From contig JANTGM010000010.1 of the NCBI GenBank assembly GCA_024762925.1, positions 64,001 to 95,015 on the forward strand: a stretch of 31,015 nucleotides of DNA, in the 5' to 3' direction. This document shows, one piece after another, positions 27,131 to 31,015 of this stretch. Position numbers and translations under genes: made by a program. Origin of the DNA: Kofleriaceae bacterium. GTDB lineage: Bacteria > Myxococcota_A > Polyangia > Haliangiales > Haliangiaceae. The notes below the pieces were generated by a model that saw nothing but the letters and a program-made list of their open reading frames with translations, made no database searches and was not told the origin of the DNA. Each line of letters begins with the position of its first letter. Within the stretch, counting starts at the first letter, position 1.

Positions 27131-27976
27131 ATGGGAATGTCAATCTTGACAAATACGGCGTCTTTATCGGCGCAGAGAAATCTTTCGAAATCACAGAGTG
27201 CAATGTCCAAGAACATTGGTCGACTGTCTTCTGGACTTCGAATCAACAAGGCATCAGATGATGCAGCTGGACTAGGAATTAGTGAAAACCTCAAGGCAGA
27301 TATCCGCGGACTGGCACAAGCCACTCGCAATGCCAACGACGCGGTCTCACTGGCTCAGGTCGCTGAGGGTGCGATGAACGAGCAACAAGGCATCGTTACT
27401 CGCATGCGAGAGCTTGCTGTGCAGGCCTCGAACGGAACGCTTGGGTCGACGGAGAGAGGTTACATCGATACAGAATTCGACGAGCTTTCCTCGGAACTCA
27501 ATCGAATTGCAAACACCACGGAATTCAACGGTCAGAAACTCATTGAAGGGTCCGCTTCTGCAGGCCTAACTATGCAGGTCGGTTTTCAGAATACCTCGAA
27601 CGACCGGATTTCAATGAGTGTCACAAGGCTTGTGACGTCGACCCTCGGCTCAGCCGGAGGTCTGCAAATTGCCAGCGCAAGTCTCTCAACTGCTACCAAC
27701 GCACAGGCCGCTTTGTCGGCATTTGATGGGGCAATCGAGCAACTTTCAACGGCACGAGCGAAGGTCGGTGCGTTCCAAAACCGCGCGTCGATCACCATCT
27801 CGAACCTCGGTGTTGCTCACGAGAACCTGAGCGCAGCAAACTCGCGAATTCGAGACGTGGATGTAGCTTCTGAAGCTGCAGATATGACGAAGAACCAAAT
27901 CCTTTCTCAGGCCGGTATCTCGGTTTTGAGTCAGGCAAACAGTCTACCGTCTTCGGCACTGGCACTCATCGGATAG
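27131..27976 (+). CDS. fliC: Flagellin paralogue (short, ~281 aa)
   Basis: 'MGMSILTNTASLSAQRNLSKSQSAMSKNIGRLSSGLRINKASDDAAGLGISE...' About 75% identical to the upstream flagellin by eye. SD aggag 8 nt before ATG 27131. The track's upstream extension from 27086 is rejected. Confidence 0.92.
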   Translation: MGMSILTNTASLSAQRNLSKSQSAMSKNIGRLSSGLRINKASDDAAGLGISENLKADIRGLAQATRNANDAVSLAQVAEGAMNEQQGIVTRMRELAVQASNGTLGSTERGYIDTEFDELSSELNRIANTTEFNGQKLIEGSASAGLTMQVGFQNTSNDRISMSVTRLVTSTLGSAGGLQIASASLSTATNAQAALSAFDGAIEQLSTARAKVGAFQNRASITISNLGVAHENLSAANSRIRDVDVASEAADMTKNQILSQAGISVLSQANSLPSSALALIG

Positions 27977-27983
27977 CAAACAG

Positions 27984-28026
27984 GCGCTAGCGAGTCGATC
28001 CCTCGTTAGCGCCTGCCGCTTTTTTG
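27984..28026 (+). terminator. Rho-independent terminator after fliC2 (GGCGCTAGCGAG-loop-CTCGTTAGCGCC ... TTTTTT)
   Basis: 12-bp stem with one G.U pair, then a T-run at 28020-28025. Confidence 0.7.
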
Positions 28027-28045
28027 GACAAGGAGATAGAACAAT

Positions 28046-29380
28046 ATGCCCGTTAACTTTTCAGGACTCGCCTCCGGACTCGATACCGGCGCCATTATTG
28101 ATTCTCTTGTCAGCATTGAACGCTCCAGAGCGAATACGTTCAATGAGCGGAAGTTCAACACGGAGCGGCAGATTTCCACCATCGGGAGTCTGTCGAGCAT
28201 CATGAAGGATCTGGACTCGAAGCTCGAGAGCTTTAGTACCAAGAACGAAATCCGACAGATGTCAGTGGAGACGACTAATGAAGATCGAGTCGTCGTTACC
28301 AGTAGCGGTGCAGCCACTGCTGGCAACTTCGCGATGCGAGTCACCAATCTCGCAAAGAACGAGACGTCACAATCAAAAACCTATGCCACCGCTGATGCAG
28401 GCGTTGTTGGCGCAGGGACTCTTGATCTCACCGTTGGCTCAGAGCCTCTAGTGAGTATCGCCTATGACGCATCCGACTCTCTTTATGAGATTGCGGAGCG
28501 CATTACCAATTCAGATGCCAAGGCAACCGCCAGCGTGCTCTTCGATGGCACTGACTATCGAATCATGGTCACGTCCGAAGAAAGCGGAGTGGCGAATGGA
28601 ATCACCTTCGGCGAGAGCGGTGACGCTCTAGGCCTAACGTTAGGCACCGCGGAGCTCATTCCACCAGAAGATGCGGCCTTCACGATCAACGGAGTGCCAG
28701 TCACACGGCCTTCGAACGAAGTGTCGGATGTGATTACTGGTGTGAGCCTTCAGCTCGTGGGCCTCTCACAAGTTGGCGAGGCCGATACCAATATTCAGGT
28801 CACGCAAGACACCGAAGGCACCAAGACGAAGCTGCAAGAGTTCGTCGACGCCTACAACAAGGTTGTGGATGTCGTGAACAAGGAGCTGACCTATGGTGGC
28901 ACCACAAAGGACGGCAGCACGCTCTTTGGTGACTCAACGCTGAGGCAGCTGCAGCGGACGCTCGGCTCGAACATTTCTACGAATTACACCAACGGCTCAG
29001 AACAGGTCTCTCTTGGGCTTCTTGGCATCGAGATGGATAACACCGGCAAGCTCTCAATCGACTCTACAAAGCTCGATAAGACGCTTTCAACCGATCCGCG
29101 TGCGATCGACAATATCTTCGCTGGAGACGGAGGAAATGACGGCGTGGCCAAAGTTCTCCAAGATATGGTCGACACATATACACGAAGCTCAACCGGGCTT
29201 TTGTCGAGTAAGACCGAGTCGCTAAACAGTCGCATCAAAGTCTTCGACACTCAGATTGAGCGAATCGAGCAAAGTGCTACTGCTTTGTCCGAGCAACTCA
29301 ATCGGCAATTCGCCGCTCTTGAACAAGCGATGTCACAGCTCAATTCGCAGCAGTCGTATTTGGGCGCTATAGGGTTCTAG
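28046..29380 (+). CDS. fliD: Flagellar filament cap protein FliD
   Basis: N-terminal 'FSGLASGLDTGAIIDSLVSIERSRANTF' is the FliD signature. 444 aa. SD aaggag. Confidence 0.9.
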   Translation: MPVNFSGLASGLDTGAIIDSLVSIERSRANTFNERKFNTERQISTIGSLSSIMKDLDSKLESFSTKNEIRQMSVETTNEDRVVVTSSGAATAGNFAMRVTNLAKNETSQSKTYATADAGVVGAGTLDLTVGSEPLVSIAYDASDSLYEIAERITNSDAKATASVLFDGTDYRIMVTSEESGVANGITFGESGDALGLTLGTAELIPPEDAAFTINGVPVTRPSNEVSDVITGVSLQLVGLSQVGEADTNIQVTQDTEGTKTKLQEFVDAYNKVVDVVNKELTYGGTTKDGSTLFGDSTLRQLQRTLGSNISTNYTNGSEQVSLGLLGIEMDNTGKLSIDSTKLDKTLSTDPRAIDNIFAGDGGNDGVAKVLQDMVDTYTRSSTGLLSSKTESLNSRIKVFDTQIERIEQSATALSEQLNRQFAALEQAMSQLNSQQSYLGAIGF

Positions 29381-29387
29381 GAGATTT

Positions 29388-29762
29388 ATGTACGCACGCG
29401 CAGCCAAAGCCTATAAACAAGTAGACCTTGAGTCTTCCTCCAAGGCACAGATACTCGACAAGCTCTACCTTCGTTTTGCGCGAGATTGCGAGGATGCCAA
29501 GACCGCAATTGCTGGTGGCGATGTGGCAGCAAAGGCCAAGGCGATCAACCATGGCAACCAAATCATCATGGAACTGGTCGCCGCTCTGGACCACGCTCTT
29601 GCGCCAGACCTGTGTGGCAACCTGGCAGCGCTCTACGATTATGTCTTAGACCGTCTTTCACTGTCGAACATTCACAACGACGCAGCTTTGCTCGACCAGG
29701 CGAGCGCAGTCGTAATGCAGCTTCGCGAGGCGTTCACGGAGGCAAACAATGCCAACCGCTAG
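29388..29762 (+). CDS. fliS: Flagellin-specific chaperone FliS
   Basis: 124-aa protein. 'AYKQVDLESSSKAQILDKLYLRFARDCEDAKTAIAGGDVAAKAKAINHGNQIIMEL' is the FliS four-helix-bundle pattern. Follows fliD. Confidence 0.88.
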   Translation: MYARAAKAYKQVDLESSSKAQILDKLYLRFARDCEDAKTAIAGGDVAAKAKAINHGNQIIMELVAALDHALAPDLCGNLAALYDYVLDRLSLSNIHNDAALLDQASAVVMQLREAFTEANNANR

Positions 29763-30099
29763 AACGCCCATAGAGCAGGCAGAGAGCACGTTTGAACGGC
29801 TCCTCTCGCTGACCCCAGAACCTGCACCACAACTGGACGCGTCAGAGGTTATCGTCCAGGCAAGCCGCTTGATGAGCGAGCGAGAAACCGAAATCACGAT
29901 TCTGAAGATGCTGCTACGCGAGAACCCTGAGCTACTTCGAGGCAACACCAAGTGCCAGGAGATTCGCGACCTACTAAGTCTGCGAGACAGACAGTGGGAG
30001 AGCGCCCTTGGGCGAGCCCGAGGCGAGATGGCTCGGCGGCGATTGGCAGGGCAGCGAGCCCGACAGGCGCAGCGGGCGTATCAGGACCCAAGTCGCTAA
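29749..30099 (+). CDS. Hypothetical small helical protein in the FliT position (possible FliT-like chaperone)
   Basis: 116-aa ORF overlapping the fliS 3' end by 14 nt. The N-terminal two-thirds looks protein-like and the Arg-rich tail is less convincing. Assigned only by position after fliD-fliS. Confidence 0.3.
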   Translation: MPTARTPIEQAESTFERLLSLTPEPAPQLDASEVIVQASRLMSERETEITILKMLLRENPELLRGNTKCQEIRDLLSLRDRQWESALGRARGEMARRRLAGQRARQAQRAYQDPSR

Positions 30100-30426
30100 C
30101 TACGTCACCACGCAACATAGGCGCCGCTAAGAATACATCTGAGTGTCAGGTCGCCGTGCTTCTGCCCGCACCTGCTGCGGGAACAGCAGGGGTGTACGAA
30201 AAATTCTAATAGAGAGTATCTGCAATCCACTCTAGCTAGTCGGAGTGAAGCATGCGACCCGAGTGGTTGGAGATACGCTGGATGCCTGCCCTCGTGGGTG
30301 CGGTTCGAGTTGGCTACTCGAAGCGCTTCTACATCGAGAGGGCAGGCCCTTTTTGTCTGGGCTGGATCTGCTTCCGTAGACACTTTCTGTCGTGCGAGTT
30401 AGTACGGCACCTAGAGAGGTCTAGGT

Positions 30427-30674
30427 CATGGGAACACCCCGACATAGCAAGGAATTCAAAGCGGAGGCGGTTTGGGCTTTCTAAGGCCAGCAACAAGCTT
30501 GTCGTGCAGCTCGCGAAGGAGCTTGGCGTAGCCGCCAAGTCGATTCGGGACTGGGCAAAACAAGCGGAGGCCGATTCGGGTCGCGGAGCGCCAGGTGTTT
30601 TGACGACGCCGGAACGGGATGAGCTAGGGAGACCAGGTCCACTCGGCACTCTCCGAGACCCGAACAGGACTTAG
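30427..30674 (+). mobile_element. IS3-family transposase OrfA remnant (N-terminal HTH part, interrupted by a stop and frameshift; no OrfB follows)
   Basis: 'MGTPRHSKEFKAEAVWAF*' then, in the +1 frame, 'SKASNKLVVQLAKELGVAAKSIRDWAKQAEADSGRGAPGVLTTPERDEL'. This matches the IS3 OrfA pattern M..R.(F/H)S.EFK.EAV.L....G.S...VA.ELG.....L..W.KQ...D.G.....LT.EE.EL. Confidence 0.6.
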
Positions 30675-31015
30675 GGCGATGTTGATCGTTGGGCAGCTCG
30701 GACCAATCGCAACGGTTCCGGTTATGGAGTCATCACCGTGCTCGATGTCGAACCCAAATCGACAAGTGTGCCCCATCCCCGCCCGACTCCTCCGGAACCG
30801 CAAAAACCAACTCCGAACGACCGTGCAGGTGAACAGTAACATTGGCATCAGTCACCGGAGTTTCATCAGCAGCAAGAGCCGAAGGGCAAACTGCTGGGAC
30901 AGTGAGATGATACCGCGTTGCTACAAAGCAGCAGCCTGACCCTTGCTTGGGATCGACCACCTTGTGTCCTTGTGTTGATTTGTCGGCTGCCTGCTTCGTG
31001 GCCGTTTTGCGACAC

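Noticed and set aside
30252-30674. 140-aa ORF called as a single gene
   Set aside because: It is a composite. The first ~60 codons are unrecognisable read-through of intergenic DNA that happens to be in frame with the second-frame portion of the IS3 OrfA remnant. It is better described as a pseudogene fragment starting at 30427.
30733-31015. Minus-strand ORF running out of the window end (…VVDPKQGSGCCFVATRYHLTVPAV…) and the plus-strand stretch '…NGSGYGVITVLDVEPKS…' in the same region
   Set aside because: Neither frame shows a motif I can recognise, and the region is adjacent to a decayed IS element. I cannot decide which strand, if any, is coding from sequence alone. A BLASTX of 30680-31015 would settle it.
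1-31015. CRISPR arrays, tRNA/rRNA genes, prophage or toxin-antitoxin modules
   Set aside because: I found no regularly spaced direct repeats, no cloverleaf-like conserved tRNA features and no rRNA-like stretches. Apart from the IS3 scar the window is fully occupied by flagellar genes.

Overview
This window is one contiguous, high-GC (roughly 58-60% by eye) flagellar gene cluster. Every recognisable gene is on the + strand.

Gene order is: fliF (3' end only, runs in from upstream), fliG, a tiny coupled ORF or frameshifted fliH N-terminus, fliH, fliI, fliJ, fliK, flgD, flgE | fliM, fliN, fliO, fliP, fliQ, fliR, flhB, flhA, flhF, flhG | fliA, flgF, flgG, flgA, flgH | flgI, flgJ, flgM, flgN, flgK, flgL | fliC1 | fliC2 | fliD, fliS, a FliT-like small ORF. 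The cluster ends in a frameshifted IS3-family transposase remnant.

Identifications rest on hallmark motifs read directly from the translations: the FliI Walker A; the FlhB NPTH autocleavage site; the FlhF and FlhG P-loops; FliA regions 2 and 4; flagellin and rod N-terminal consensus; the FlgH lipobox; the FliM/FliN SpoA-type C-termini; the FliK C-terminal fold. Synteny supports them. Most junctions are stop/start overlaps (TAGTG, ATGA, TTGA, TAATG, GTGA), which implies long translationally coupled operons.

The cluster combines a Firmicute-like fla operon order with outer-membrane ring genes (flgA, flgH, flgI), so the host is Gram-negative. No che, mot or fliL genes lie in the window.

The minus-strand ORFs in the track are antisense artefacts typical of high-GC DNA. 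I saw no CRISPR array, tRNA or rRNA.

The points most worth follow-up are:
- An unusually large FliO (432 aa) with a signal peptide and a periplasmic AMIN-like domain.
- An ambiguous fliG-fliH junction that is either a 56-codon coupled ORF or a frameshifted FliH N-terminus.
- A FlgJ whose C-terminal domain is an M23 peptidase.
- A near-consensus sigma-54 site sitting on the fliM start.
- Two short tandem flagellins, each with its own promoter-like and terminator elements.
- An IS3 remnant at the cluster edge.
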